Virus record (IMG/VR): IMGVR_UViG_3300026549_000063 | Coordinates: 1-64,000 of that record | Reading direction: 5' to 3' (one strand) | Length of the DNA: 64,000 nt | Source of the DNA: a virus | Lineage: Duplodnaviria > Caudoviricetes | Part shown: one piece after another, positions 41,427 through 51,491 of the stretch | Numbering within the stretch: the stretch's first letter is position 1 | Layout: every line of letters begins with the position of its first letter | Position numbers and translations under genes: made by a program | The notes under the pieces: model-generated | What the model was told of the DNA's origin: nothing | The model's input: the letters and a program-made list of their open reading frames with translations, nothing else | Databases searched by the model: none

Positions 41427-43039
41427 TGAAATTTGAAGAAGTAGACAGCGGCGTATACAGTGAAATGCTGAGCAGCGATATCGAGCAACTTGAAGATACT
41501 GAAGTCAAGACCAGCGATCCACAGCTTAAAACCGCATTAGAGGTTATCATCAATACTACCTTCCGTAACCTTAAACTTAGTGATAATGATCTCAGGCGAA
41601 TCGATGATCCGCATAAGCGTGCTGCATTCATTGTACAACGTGTAGCTGATGCATATACTAGAACTAAGAAGAATACTAATCTTCAGCCTTGCTTCGCTAT
41701 CGTCAACGCTACTACCGATGCTATCGGTGGTCATATCAGTTCTACTTTCTCTACCCTTAGTGGAGAAGTAGCCAGAGAAGCTGATGCAGTGGAGAAGAAG
41801 ATAGATGACAAGACAGAGAAAACTGTACAGGATGCGAATAGTACCGAAGATACTCTTGGGAAAGGCAAAGACCAGAAGAAACTGGCTCTGAAGAGAGTTA
41901 AATGGGATGCCTTACTAAATAGATTTGGTGGTACTGAGGTCATCGCCAGCAACCTGAAAGATTACACTAAGATGACTCCTACCTTTAATGTTGATGAAGC
42001 TATCGCTATCGGAGATAGTGTTAACAACACTGAAGAGGATATTCAGTTAGATAAAGATACTGCTAATGACGTACAGAATCGTGTAGCTGAGAATATCAGT
42101 GTTCCTAAGGAACAGGAAGATGAGCTTAAAGAAGCTACTGCCGATATGTATAAAGTTATCACCAGTAACTACCACATGCACAACTTCATGTACAGCATGT
42201 ATCTTAAAGATCTTAATAACAGGAAATATGGTAAAGCTATTCTCAACTTTACCCAGGGCGTAAGAAAATATCTTCCTATCCTTCAAGCTTATAAGAAAAC
42301 TGAACTTAATGTAAGTGATACCTACTTTAATAAGTTACATAAGAACATGGATACTGTTCTTATGAATTTCGAGATAGGCGCATACGCTATGGCTTCACTT
42401 CGTAAGAAGCTTATGGAGAACAACACCATTCTTCTTGATGAAGGAGTCGTTAACCCTGATGTCGAATCTCAGGAAGCTGACGAAGGTAAGCCTATCACCG
42501 AAGCTGCTATGAGCGTCTATTACGATGGGTTCTGCAACAGCGATGATAGTCGTATTCCTACTCTGGGTATTAAGGCATCTGATATACGTCTGTACAAGGA
42601 TAGAGCTTCCGATATCGTAAAACAGAAAGAGCTTGAGTTCAAAGCTAATTTAAGTAAGTACCAGAATAAGGCTAAGCAGATTGCTACCGAACAGGAACTT
42701 CACGCTTACCTTGAGTCTCTCGATGATAGCTTTGTCCCTAGAGGATTAACCAGATCTGATTTCGTTAGAGGACACGATAGTAGTACTGTTCAGAAAGTAC
42801 TGCACAACATGCAGGCCAACTCTGACCAAAATCTACAGAGCCTTCTCTACGACTTCATCATCGATGTCAAGTATCCCAATAGCAAGCTTAAAACTGTCAA
42901 CCAGATGTTCAGTGAAGCTGCTGCAGATGTCATGCGTGAACATGAAGAAGACGGAGTAGACGAGAAAGACCTTAAGATGGTAGATAGTACTGTCGCTACT
43001 AAGCTAGCTGTACAGACTATCAACGATATCATCTTCTAG
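41426..43039 (+). CDS. Putative virion/inner-head protein
   Basis: 537-aa helical ORF, GGAGG RBS, structural gene context. Confidence 0.55.
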   Translation: MKFEEVDSGVYSEMLSSDIEQLEDTEVKTSDPQLKTALEVIINTTFRNLKLSDNDLRRIDDPHKRAAFIVQRVADAYTRTKKNTNLQPCFAIVNATTDAIGGHISSTFSTLSGEVAREADAVEKKIDDKTEKTVQDANSTEDTLGKGKDQKKLALKRVKWDALLNRFGGTEVIASNLKDYTKMTPTFNVDEAIAIGDSVNNTEEDIQLDKDTANDVQNRVAENISVPKEQEDELKEATADMYKVITSNYHMHNFMYSMYLKDLNNRKYGKAILNFTQGVRKYLPILQAYKKTELNVSDTYFNKLHKNMDTVLMNFEIGAYAMASLRKKLMENNTILLDEGVVNPDVESQEADEGKPITEAAMSVYYDGFCNSDDSRIPTLGIKASDIRLYKDRASDIVKQKELEFKANLSKYQNKAKQIATEQELHAYLESLDDSFVPRGLTRSDFVRGHDSSTVQKVLHNMQANSDQNLQSLLYDFIIDVKYPNSKLKTVNQMFSEAAADVMREHEEDGVDEKDLKMVDSTVATKLAVQTINDIIF

Positions 43040-43139
43040 GAACAGAGGTAGGCGCCAGCCTTTGTTTTTTTTTTGAAAAAACCATAAAAAGCAGGAACTC
43101 CCTAAAGGAGTTCCTGCTCTATCTAGCTTTTTATTTTTT

Positions 43140-46079
43140 TTACGAAGAATAAGTATTCGATGCTAACGTATTAGGAGTAAGAGTAACATAAGTTACATCT
43201 ATCTGCTTACGTAACGAAAGAATATTATCTTCAGTAAGTACTAACTGCCTACGAATAGAAGGCTGGCTATCCTCATCAGTTACTACAAAGGTCTGTAGAG
43301 CAACATTATCATTGATACCGAGTAAGTCAAAGTGATCAATGTAGTCGCTTACCTTCTCCTTGACTTTCTCAAAAATATCGAGCATAGAAATAGTCTTACT
43401 CTCGATAGCCTCTTCAATGAAGGTGCAGAGCATCTCAGTAATCTGATTCTGGATAGATTCATCCTGCTTAACGTAAGATGCAACATAGCACACAATACGG
43501 AAGCTGAGTTCAATATTCTGCTTACTAACAGCGCCATCGCCAATATTAACATTAGCAGTACCGATAGACTTGACGCATCTAAAGTAAAGCTTGGTACGTT
43601 CAAGCAGTTGATCCTGCATGGAAGCAATAGTATTAAAATAAGCATTAAGCGAAGCATAGATATTACTCTGGAAATCGAGTTCAGCTTGTCTATCAGAGAA
43701 GAACATCTTAGCGTCGATAAACATCATCGTGATGAAGTATGTATCTACACCAGCCGATACAACTATCGGGTTACCATACGAGTCACGGATAACATCACCG
43801 GCCATATGTTCGAATCTAACTTTACCAGTTTCATCGGTAATAGCTTCACCTACTTCATGTATCTTCTTGGTATACATCTTTCCGTTTACATCAGTATACG
43901 TTTTGATGTAACCATTTTCATCTTTCTCGTAAACGTCTTCAGTATACTTAGCCGGAATATTAGTTTCATATCTGGCATAGGTATTAGCACCTAAAGTAAC
44001 TTCAACGTTATTGTAAATAACATTATTGATATTAGTTCCAAGAGTAATAGTGAAGTACTGACGGGATAGACCTATGTATAGCTGTTTATATTGATCGGGT
44101 ACACCCGTAATGATACTATCGACTGGTTCGGATACATCAGTTACTGCCGACCTTGATACCATGTATACTACATGGAAATCGGATACTAAGTTTATCAGAT
44201 ATTCGTAGTTAGTATAAGTATCTTCATCGTTAGTATAAGTAATACCAATCTTATTATCTAAAGTAAGATGATAGGTTGTAGGTATCTTAAACTTATAGAT
44301 AAAGATATTAGTAGCGGGGTTAAATGAAACATATTCACAGGTAGTTCCAACCCACTTATCGTCAGATTTAACCATCACATATAGCAGAATATCATTTACC
44401 GATAAGTTAGTAACATCATCGGACGCAGATACGGATAAAGTTACCTCATAGTAGCCGATGTTATCGTGATTGATGGTAGCTGCGTAGGATACAAGTTTAT
44501 ATGTAGTTTCGTAGTTATCCTCAACAAAGATGATCTTATCAACTGTAGGAGTCATCAGGTTATAAGTATCAGCTCTAGGATAATTACCATTCATCGATAC
44601 TCTTACATGATACGGAGATTTAAGATAACCTGCAGTATTAAGAGTGGTTGCAAGAACATCCTTATCCAGCGAAACTAGTTTATTTAATTCATCATCAACT
44701 AACGGAATAGCACAGTTAGCATCTTGATTATATTTGTAAATAGTAGTAGGCAGAATAGTAACTGACGAATCAGCTGAGCAATTAACTAAAGTAGAATGTT
44801 TACCGTCAGTAACATCAGTACCTAATAGCTTCAGAGGTATAGTAGTAGACGGAACTATAGAGCCAGTACTATCTCTGATTACTTTATAAGCGTAGTAAAT
44901 ACGATCAGTTACATTATCCAGAGACTTATGTACATAGAAACCATTATCTTCAAGCATAACGCTGATATCGGCTTCTGAGATAGGAACTCTATCGTACAGA
45001 GTATCCTGAATAACTCTCTGTCTCAGAGTAGATACACTAATAGCATTGGAGCCGCCTGTGATACGATCACCGCTAAGCTGAAGGATGATATCATACGGCA
45101 TATTCTTAAATATATTAGTAAACGTACTATCAGTTCTAGCATTGTTATTATACGTTACACCGATATCTGTATCAAGAAGATTAGAAGTATCGATATCCAG
45201 TACACCAACAGTAGTATACACCTCTATCAATAATTTACTTCCCATCATACCGTTATCGAAGTAAACCTGAGGTATATTCAGAACTAATTTGTTTTTATCC
45301 GGATGTATCTGAAGATACAGAGTAGGAACAGTTGCATCATAAACTATCTTACTTTGAGTTTGGGCTAACTCTGTATAAGTTCCATTCTTATAATTGAAAA
45401 CTCTAAGAGCATAGAATTTATCATTATAGTTGATACTCTTAACGAATCCAGTAGAAGAAACTATAGTTTCTACAATAGAAGATTTACTAAATTGATATAT
45501 CGGGAAATCCAATATCAGGTAATCAACACCCATATACTGAATCTCGTATTTATCTACGATATTCTTAGATAATACATGAAGAGGATTGGACTCACTAGTA
45601 TCGTAAGCTACAGTGAATGAACCAGTATAATTATTGATAAGAATTTCAATCGGATAATAGATACCGAAATTATACTTAGCCACCAAGAAAGTAGTATCGC
45701 TAGGAATAACTAGTTTCTTATAGTTAGCATTGTATTCAACTGCATTATCCAGTAGAAACTTCTTCGGTAAAAACATACGAAGAGCGCTTCTGGCTGGCGT
45801 ACTATACATGCGCAGATAATCAAAATCTGACATATGGCCATAAAGATCTTCCATGCTCTCAGCACGCTTAGGATAAAGAGCTGGAAGCTTAGCATCCATG
45901 GCGTTAATCACTTGAGCTGCTATACTTGAACCAAACTCAAGTAAATGACAGAATGGTGCGTTAGGATCTGCAATGGTAATAGTGCCATTGAGTCTGCTCT
46001 CAATTTCATTAAGTGCCTTAGCTGCTATATTAGTTGGGTTTCGTAAAGTACTGATAAGCAGCGATTTATCGTCAAACAT
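43140..46079 (-). CDS. Conserved phiKZ-like virion (baseplate wedge-like) protein
   Basis: N-terminal NP..I...AL.EIE.RL.G...I.DP..PF..LLE...LYP.RA...EDLY.HMSD.DY pattern recalled from phiKZ gp27-like proteins; start ATG at 46079. Confidence 0.6.
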   Translation of the reverse strand: MFDDKSLLISTLRNPTNIAAKALNEIESRLNGTITIADPNAPFCHLLEFGSSIAAQVINAMDAKLPALYPKRAESMEDLYGHMSDFDYLRMYSTPARSALRMFLPKKFLLDNAVEYNANYKKLVIPSDTTFLVAKYNFGIYYPIEILINNYTGSFTVAYDTSESNPLHVLSKNIVDKYEIQYMGVDYLILDFPIYQFSKSSIVETIVSSTGFVKSINYNDKFYALRVFNYKNGTYTELAQTQSKIVYDATVPTLYLQIHPDKNKLVLNIPQVYFDNGMMGSKLLIEVYTTVGVLDIDTSNLLDTDIGVTYNNNARTDSTFTNIFKNMPYDIILQLSGDRITGGSNAISVSTLRQRVIQDTLYDRVPISEADISVMLEDNGFYVHKSLDNVTDRIYYAYKVIRDSTGSIVPSTTIPLKLLGTDVTDGKHSTLVNCSADSSVTILPTTIYKYNQDANCAIPLVDDELNKLVSLDKDVLATTLNTAGYLKSPYHVRVSMNGNYPRADTYNLMTPTVDKIIFVEDNYETTYKLVSYAATINHDNIGYYEVTLSVSASDDVTNLSVNDILLYVMVKSDDKWVGTTCEYVSFNPATNIFIYKFKIPTTYHLTLDNKIGITYTNDEDTYTNYEYLINLVSDFHVVYMVSRSAVTDVSEPVDSIITGVPDQYKQLYIGLSRQYFTITLGTNINNVIYNNVEVTLGANTYARYETNIPAKYTEDVYEKDENGYIKTYTDVNGKMYTKKIHEVGEAITDETGKVRFEHMAGDVIRDSYGNPIVVSAGVDTYFITMMFIDAKMFFSDRQAELDFQSNIYASLNAYFNTIASMQDQLLERTKLYFRCVKSIGTANVNIGDGAVSKQNIELSFRIVCYVASYVKQDESIQNQITEMLCTFIEEAIESKTISMLDIFEKVKEKVSDYIDHFDLLGINDNVALQTFVVTDEDSQPSIRRQLVLTEDNILSLRKQIDVTYVTLTPNTLASNTYSS

Positions 46080-46097
46080 AAAAATCAATCTCCCCTA

Positions 46098-47495
46098 TTA
46101 AACTCTTCTATATAACTGATTAGCTGCTTCAGAGATATTCTTCTGTTGTAGAGCTTGAAGTTTAGCAGCAGTTTCAGCAATATCGTTCTTTATCTGATCC
46201 ATTTCATTAGTCTTAGGAATAAGACGAGGATCTTCTTTCCATACCAGACGAATACCACCTATCGCTCCATCCTCCTCAGCTCCTATAATGTACGGAAGGC
46301 CTACAAAGTTCTTGTATACATCGGGACGGGCACGATAAGAATCTATATATCCAGATTGATCAGACGATTTAGCGGAATGTCGCTCTTCATCTATATGAGT
46401 AGCTCCAGTCATATCTTCTGAAAGCGTAGTCCAGCTTTCAATATTCGGATTGTAACGTTTCATCAGTTCACGAAAATCATAAATGATACCAGGATCATTA
46501 TACTCTATACAGTTAGCCGTAAACGGTATAGAGAAGTTCTTAGCTGCTGATATAGTAACCTCGCCCTGATTGATATTAAATATCGATCCTACCGGAGCTG
46601 ATTTAGGAAAACACCCAGTAGCTTTGCTCCACCAGAGAATATTTCTACGGGTATTATCTGTAATGAATCTATAGATAGATACGGTATAGTTTAAGCGTTG
46701 TTCGTAAATATCATCAGGATAAGCCATTACCACATTCTTAGCCTGAAGTGCCATATATAAGCACCAGTAGAAGAGACAGGATAAAATGACTGAGCCCTGT
46801 ATATCTACAAATTCAAGGGAAAGCTCCTGAGTACGGTTAAACAGTTCAGCACCTTTAACAAAGGTCATATCTCCGCTATGGAAATCTTCACCCATAGTGA
46901 CAGTTTCCATATTGAAATCAGGGTAACCTGAGATACCACGTAAGCCATTACAGAGCGGAGTAAAGAATGGATTACGAATATCAACTAGCACATTTTTAGA
47001 AGCTGCTTCAAATATTGCTTTTTGATCTGGAGTAAGCGTCGCATTAGAATCAGCATATGAAAATGGTATATCGCCTCTGGAAATACAAGTGTCAAGCAAC
47101 ATGCGAATAGCAAAAGCTACTGACTTAGGATACTTTGTAGCTAATAATGACAATACTGGATGCTGCTTAAGGTTACCAGTAGTCATATTCAATCTAGGTC
47201 TGGTTATAAAAGTATAGCCATAATTCAGAGTATTGATTGGAACATATGCAGTTCCATGGCGATCTAGTTTAGATATGAAATTTTGTATAGAATTGTTATA
47301 CGCACCATTACCCATAGACTTGGCGGAAGCATCAAGTATCTTCTCACCAAATTCCTTCACCAGACCTGCATTATGTAGAAAAGTACCAGGTGTACCATAC
47401 AGCACACCATTTTGTTTATAAGACCAAATATCATCTATATCTGTAATATTAACACCAGATAATATGTAGTCAGTATCACTGGAACTAGTTGGCAT
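46098..47495 (-). CDS. Conserved phiKZ-like virion protein (gp26-like)
   Basis: GYTFITRPRLN and RLNYTVSIYRF patterns; AGGAG RBS; upstream TATG late motif. Confidence 0.55.
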   Translation of the reverse strand: MPTSSSDTDYILSGVNITDIDDIWSYKQNGVLYGTPGTFLHNAGLVKEFGEKILDASAKSMGNGAYNNSIQNFISKLDRHGTAYVPINTLNYGYTFITRPRLNMTTGNLKQHPVLSLLATKYPKSVAFAIRMLLDTCISRGDIPFSYADSNATLTPDQKAIFEAASKNVLVDIRNPFFTPLCNGLRGISGYPDFNMETVTMGEDFHSGDMTFVKGAELFNRTQELSLEFVDIQGSVILSCLFYWCLYMALQAKNVVMAYPDDIYEQRLNYTVSIYRFITDNTRRNILWWSKATGCFPKSAPVGSIFNINQGEVTISAAKNFSIPFTANCIEYNDPGIIYDFRELMKRYNPNIESWTTLSEDMTGATHIDEERHSAKSSDQSGYIDSYRARPDVYKNFVGLPYIIGAEEDGAIGGIRLVWKEDPRLIPKTNEMDQIKNDIAETAAKLQALQQKNISEAANQLYRRV

Positions 47496-47610
47496 ACTGA
47501 TGTCTCCTTATCTAAAAGTCATAACATATGATTTTCGGGTAATCAAAATATCATTCCGTATTTTTTTACATAGCAACATATATATTTTGAGACAGTTGAC
47601 TGCATCTCTT

Positions 47611-47803
47611 TAGGTACGTACAGCAATCTTAATATTTCAAGCTTCCTACGCTAAAAGAAACGTATCTAGTCTTACCTCAATGTAGTCAGCTAATAGGCAC
47701 GAACAGCATCTTTCAAGTTAACTAGCAGAATAGGGAGGCTCCGCTTGCTTACGCGCGTGGGCAGGACCTCCTCGGAGCTGTCCCTTGATAAAACTGTGTC
47801 TAG
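47611..47803 (+). ncRNA. Two-unit structured RNA (ACAGCA internal-loop motif) upstream of DUF2828 gene
   Basis: Unit 1 stem 47611-47619/47660-47668; unit 2 stem 47694-47701/47795-47802. Both followed by ACAGCA; compensatory U-A to C-G change. Confidence 0.65.
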
Positions 47804-47810
47804 CATCTCA

Positions 47811-47855
47811 ACATACGCTCTAGCAATAGAGCGTATGTCTCTCATTTATTTTTTG
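47811..47855 (+). terminator. Terminator/attenuator-like hairpin between the RNA units and the DUF2828 CDS
   Basis: ACATACGCTCTA-gcaa-TAGAGCGTATGT; the T-rich run starts a few nt after the stem. Confidence 0.6.
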
Positions 47856-47870
47856 TTAGGAGACAAAATT

Positions 47871-49472
47871 ATGTTTGCAATAAAAACACTCAACGATAAG
47901 GGTGGCATCGGTTACGAGTCAACTGGTTCTAATCTACTGGATCTGTTTACTGATATTGGTAACTCCAGAGAGCATCTCATCCCTAGAGTAATCACTAACA
48001 TCGACAACATCTGCAACTCAGCCGGAGATAATGATCATCTTTACGCCATGGTTGCTGTTCTGCTGGCGTACATGAGAGATCGTATTAACGGCTGTGGGCA
48101 CAGAGCTTCTTTCTATCAGGCATTCACCTATTTTCTTACCAGACTGGCTGAAAATAAAGGTTTCTATTACGCCAACGGTTTGATTACTCAGCTGCTTAAG
48201 GTAATGGTAGACGAGTATGGCAGATACGATGATCTTTTCGAATTAGTAGAAGCCGCTAATGAGATCCGTAAAAGCAGTACCTCTATGAGTGCTTCTTACA
48301 AAGCTACTCTGCTAACCGGAATCATTTACGAATACGCTTACAGTGTCATGAACAAAGACATTGAAAGCGATAAAGTATCATTACTTGGCAAATGGTTGCC
48401 AAGTATCAATACTTCTTCTAAGCGTACTCGCAAGATGGCACAGGATTTTCTTAAGTGGATAAGTGCTAAGCATAAGAAGATATCTCCATCGGCTTACCGT
48501 AAGATTTGCAGTAAGCTTAGAAAAAAGATCAACATCGTTGAGCACGATCTCATGCAGAGAACCTATGAGGATATAGACTACTCCAAAGTTCCTTCTCTAG
48601 CTCTTCTTAAATACAAGAAAGCCTGGATAAGGAACGATGAAGAACGTTATCGAAAATATCTAGAGGATGTAGCTTCTGGTAAGAAGACTATACATACTGA
48701 CACGGTTACTGTGGTCAACCTAATCAAAGCTTTAGAAACATGCAAGCCTTATCAGCAGTTAGATGAAGATACCAGTGCCACTGTTGATCTAATGTGGGCT
48801 AATCTTAAGAAGCATCCTACTAAGTATCTGGTATGCCGTGATGGTTCCGGCAGTATGTACTGTAAAAATGAATACAGTAGTGTACGTCCTATAGATGTAG
48901 CAGATGCCCTTACGCTGTATTGTGCTGAAAATAACTCTGCGTATAAAGACCTCTTTATCACCTTCGGTGAGGATGTTCAGGTAGTTAGACTACATGGTGA
49001 AAAATTTAGCGATCGGGTAAATGAACTTCGTCGATACGACGATTGCCGTACTACTAATTTCGCTAAAGTATTCGCTGCTATTCTCAGTTACGCTGAGGAA
49101 AATCATCTTACTCAGGATCAGTTACCTGAAGGTATCATTGTTATCAGCGATATGCAATTTGATTCCGCATTTAACAATACCAATGCTTCTGTTTTTCAGA
49201 GCATCAAGAGACATTTCGAACGTAGTGGGTACACTATTCCGAAGCTTATCTTCTGGTGCGTAACTGGCAAAAAAGCTTTACCTATTTGCAACGACGATAC
49301 CGGAGTTACTATGCTTTCTGGCTGGAATCAGAATCTAATTCAGTATTTCGTATACGGAGAGGATATCACTCCTACTGCTATCGTTAAGTCGGTACTTAAC
49401 AGCGAGAGGTACATACCTATCCTGCAGGTATTCGAACAAGCCAGGCTTGCGCAAAATATGCTAAGGTCCTGA
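47871..49472 (+). CDS. DUF2828 family protein (TROVE/Ro60-like plus vWA domain)
   Basis: RD...G.G.R, YGRYDDL, GKWLPS.NTSS, IDYSKVPS.A, MIDAS DGSGSM, FITF, TNF..VF..IL, ISDMQFD. Start ATG at 47871 after AGGAG (the track TTG at 47745 lies in the RNA). Confidence 0.88.
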   Translation: MFAIKTLNDKGGIGYESTGSNLLDLFTDIGNSREHLIPRVITNIDNICNSAGDNDHLYAMVAVLLAYMRDRINGCGHRASFYQAFTYFLTRLAENKGFYYANGLITQLLKVMVDEYGRYDDLFELVEAANEIRKSSTSMSASYKATLLTGIIYEYAYSVMNKDIESDKVSLLGKWLPSINTSSKRTRKMAQDFLKWISAKHKKISPSAYRKICSKLRKKINIVEHDLMQRTYEDIDYSKVPSLALLKYKKAWIRNDEERYRKYLEDVASGKKTIHTDTVTVVNLIKALETCKPYQQLDEDTSATVDLMWANLKKHPTKYLVCRDGSGSMYCKNEYSSVRPIDVADALTLYCAENNSAYKDLFITFGEDVQVVRLHGEKFSDRVNELRRYDDCRTTNFAKVFAAILSYAEENHLTQDQLPEGIIVISDMQFDSAFNNTNASVFQSIKRHFERSGYTIPKLIFWCVTGKKALPICNDDTGVTMLSGWNQNLIQYFVYGEDITPTAIVKSVLNSERYIPILQVFEQARLAQNMLRS

Positions 49473-49604
49473 TAAATAATGGCCTCACTTACAGAGTTCA
49501 CTAACTTTTCACGTATATATTACTAAGGTGAGAAGGAGTTACATCTATGTAACTTCGTGAACAAAGTGAGGCTCGTTATAAACATCTGTTTGGAGACGCT
49601 CGTT

Positions 49605-49796
49605 ATGGAAAATAATAAAAATAATAGTAAACTTAATACAAAAGAAGAACAGTCGAAAGATACCCCGGTAAGTATCGGCGATCTAAGTAAAATGCATCCT
49701 TACGATGACTGGAATAAAAGTATTTATCAGCACACCATTTTGGCTGTCAAAAAGTTTATCAAAAACATCTTTACCAATTCTAATAATAATAAATAA
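49605..49796 (+). CDS. Small early hypothetical protein
   Basis: GGAG RBS; promoter TATATATTAC at 49514. Confidence 0.55.
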   Translation: MENNKNNSKLNTKEEQSKDTPVSIGDLSKMHPYDDWNKSIYQHTILAVKKFIKNIFTNSNNNK

Positions 49797-49879
49797 ATCC
49801 CATAATTCTCCCTTGAAATTTTGAGCCCGACTACTTAGGTAGTTCGGACTCTTTTTACAAAACTCATTATTTTTTTGTT

Positions 49880-49924
49880 TATATATCATTTAAGTGCAAA
49901 GGTTGAGCTAGGATGATCTAGCTC
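49880..49924 (+). promoter_or_regulatory. Early promoter plus 5' leader hairpin
   Basis: TATATATCATTTAAGTGCAAAGG (identical to the copy at 60680), then GAGCTAG...CTAGCTC. Confidence 0.75.
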
Positions 49925-49965
49925 AGATGTTTAACAATTTAGGCTAAATGCCTAAGGAGAACAAT

Positions 49966-50760
49966 ATGAAAAGAGTATGGAACCAATTCCCCTGTATCGT
50001 TGCAGTACCCAGTGTAAGAACTTTCTTCTCAAAGCATCCTGAGCTCAAAGAAAAGTATCCTCAGATTAAGGATCGCTGTCCTTGCCTGCCCAACGATAGG
50101 GCTACAGATTTCTACATCTCTGTAGACGGACAGAATTACTACTTTGTCGAAGTATGGACTAATGAGACCCATCAGAGAGCGGAGGTTTCTCCGGAGCTGG
50201 CTAGAGAACTTGCCAAGCACGCTCTTCCTATCCTGGAAAAGCAGGGAGAACTTCAGTTATGCCGCTGGCATGATAGCGAAACTGTTCACTTCAGAATCGA
50301 GCCAGTAAACTACATGCACACTCGACGGAGTCTTCGTATTAAGCAGAACCTTTATTGGCGATGCTTTGGAGAAGCGTGCAAGGTTCAGATTCTCGACTAC
50401 GGCGAAAAAAGGAAGCCTGCACCGCTGAGCCAGTACGACAAGTACTGCATCCGTCTCGAGAAGAAGCGCGAAAGATTAAGCGCTCAGTCTCTCAAGAGAG
50501 ATATCAGGCGTGTTACTAATAACAGCCCGGAATGGATTGTAAAGACCTTTACAATCGGAGGAGATGTAAAGGCAATCATTCACCGGGAGAATGGGAAATG
50601 GATAGAAAGGAGATGTACCGGTATTGCTGGTAAGAAGGAAGAAGTTTTGAAAGACTATCCTCTCTCCCTTACTAGGAAGGAGGTACTCAAGTGTCTCCGC
50701 CAGTACAAAGCTGAAGGCTATCGTATTTTCAGAAATGAAAAGTATGTAGACCGCATCTAA
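49966..50760 (+). CDS. Basic early hypothetical protein
   Basis: AAGGAG RBS before the ATG at 49966; K/R-rich. Confidence 0.7.
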   Translation: MKRVWNQFPCIVAVPSVRTFFSKHPELKEKYPQIKDRCPCLPNDRATDFYISVDGQNYYFVEVWTNETHQRAEVSPELARELAKHALPILEKQGELQLCRWHDSETVHFRIEPVNYMHTRRSLRIKQNLYWRCFGEACKVQILDYGEKRKPAPLSQYDKYCIRLEKKRERLSAQSLKRDIRRVTNNSPEWIVKTFTIGGDVKAIIHRENGKWIERRCTGIAGKKEEVLKDYPLSLTRKEVLKCLRQYKAEGYRIFRNEKYVDRI

Positions 50761-50810
50761 CCAGATCTCAGATGTCAGGCTAGCGGAATTTAATTCCGCT
50801 AGTTTATTTT

Positions 50811-50850
50811 ACAGTCTCAGCTGTTAACAGCTGAGACTGTTTTTTTTTTC
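50811..50850 (+). terminator. Terminator (30-bp perfect palindrome plus T-run)
   Basis: ACAGTCTCAGCTGTT|AACAGCTGAGACTGT followed by TTTTTTTT. Confidence 0.8.
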
Positions 50851-50906
50851 GATACATGTTTATTTTAGTTATATCTTATATGAATTCACAAAGGAGATAT
50901 GAGCAA

Positions 50907-51437
50907 ATGATTAACGTAGCTGGTATAGTTCACAACGATTTAGCTAATGGCCCTGGAATAAGATGTACTGTTTTTGTTCAGGGCTGCAGACATCATTGCA
51001 AAGGCTGTCATAACCCAGAAACGTGGAAACGTGGTGTTGGAAAAGATATGACTGCTGACGATATCTTTCAGGAAATAACCAACAATAAACTTGATACTGG
51101 AGTAACTATCTCTGGTGGCGAACCAGTAGATCAGTATAAAGAACTTCTTCCATTGATAGAGAAACTAAAGCGTGTTAACTACGGCTTAATGCTCTATACC
51201 GGTTATACTGCAGAAGAGTTGGAGCAATTTGCTAATCGTTCTATTGACTTTGTAAATTTTTTACGCCCATTCGAATATATCGTCTGTGACCCGTTTATTC
51301 TGAAAGAACGTGATCTAACCTTGAAGTTCAGAGGCAGTCGTAATCAAAGAATCGTAACGACTGAGTATCTGGGCAACACTGCACCTTATCTTAGATTCAT
51401 CAACATAACTCAGAAATTTGACGAAGAACAAGGCTAA
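50907..51437 (+). CDS. nrdG: Anaerobic ribonucleotide reductase activase (radical SAM)
   Basis: NGPGIRCTVFVQGCRHHCKGCHNPETW (CxxxCxxC), ISGGEP, FRGSRNQRI. Confidence 0.93.
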   Translation: MINVAGIVHNDLANGPGIRCTVFVQGCRHHCKGCHNPETWKRGVGKDMTADDIFQEITNNKLDTGVTISGGEPVDQYKELLPLIEKLKRVNYGLMLYTGYTAEELEQFANRSIDFVNFLRPFEYIVCDPFILKERDLTLKFRGSRNQRIVTTEYLGNTAPYLRFINITQKFDEEQG

Positions 51438-51491
51438 AAATTAGGCAATGCTATAGTTCAATTCATAACAAGTAAGTATTGGAGGTGCTGT

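Noticed and set aside
47611-47803. tRNA gene or canonical Y RNA
   Set aside because: No cloverleaf, T-loop or CCA end, and no recognisable GGCUGGUCCGA-type Ro-binding stem; kept as a candidate novel RNA instead.
47745-47870. TTG start giving an N-terminal extension of the DUF2828 ORF
   Set aside because: Runs through the structured RNA and terminator; the ATG at 47871 has a proper AGGAG RBS and matches the family N-terminus.
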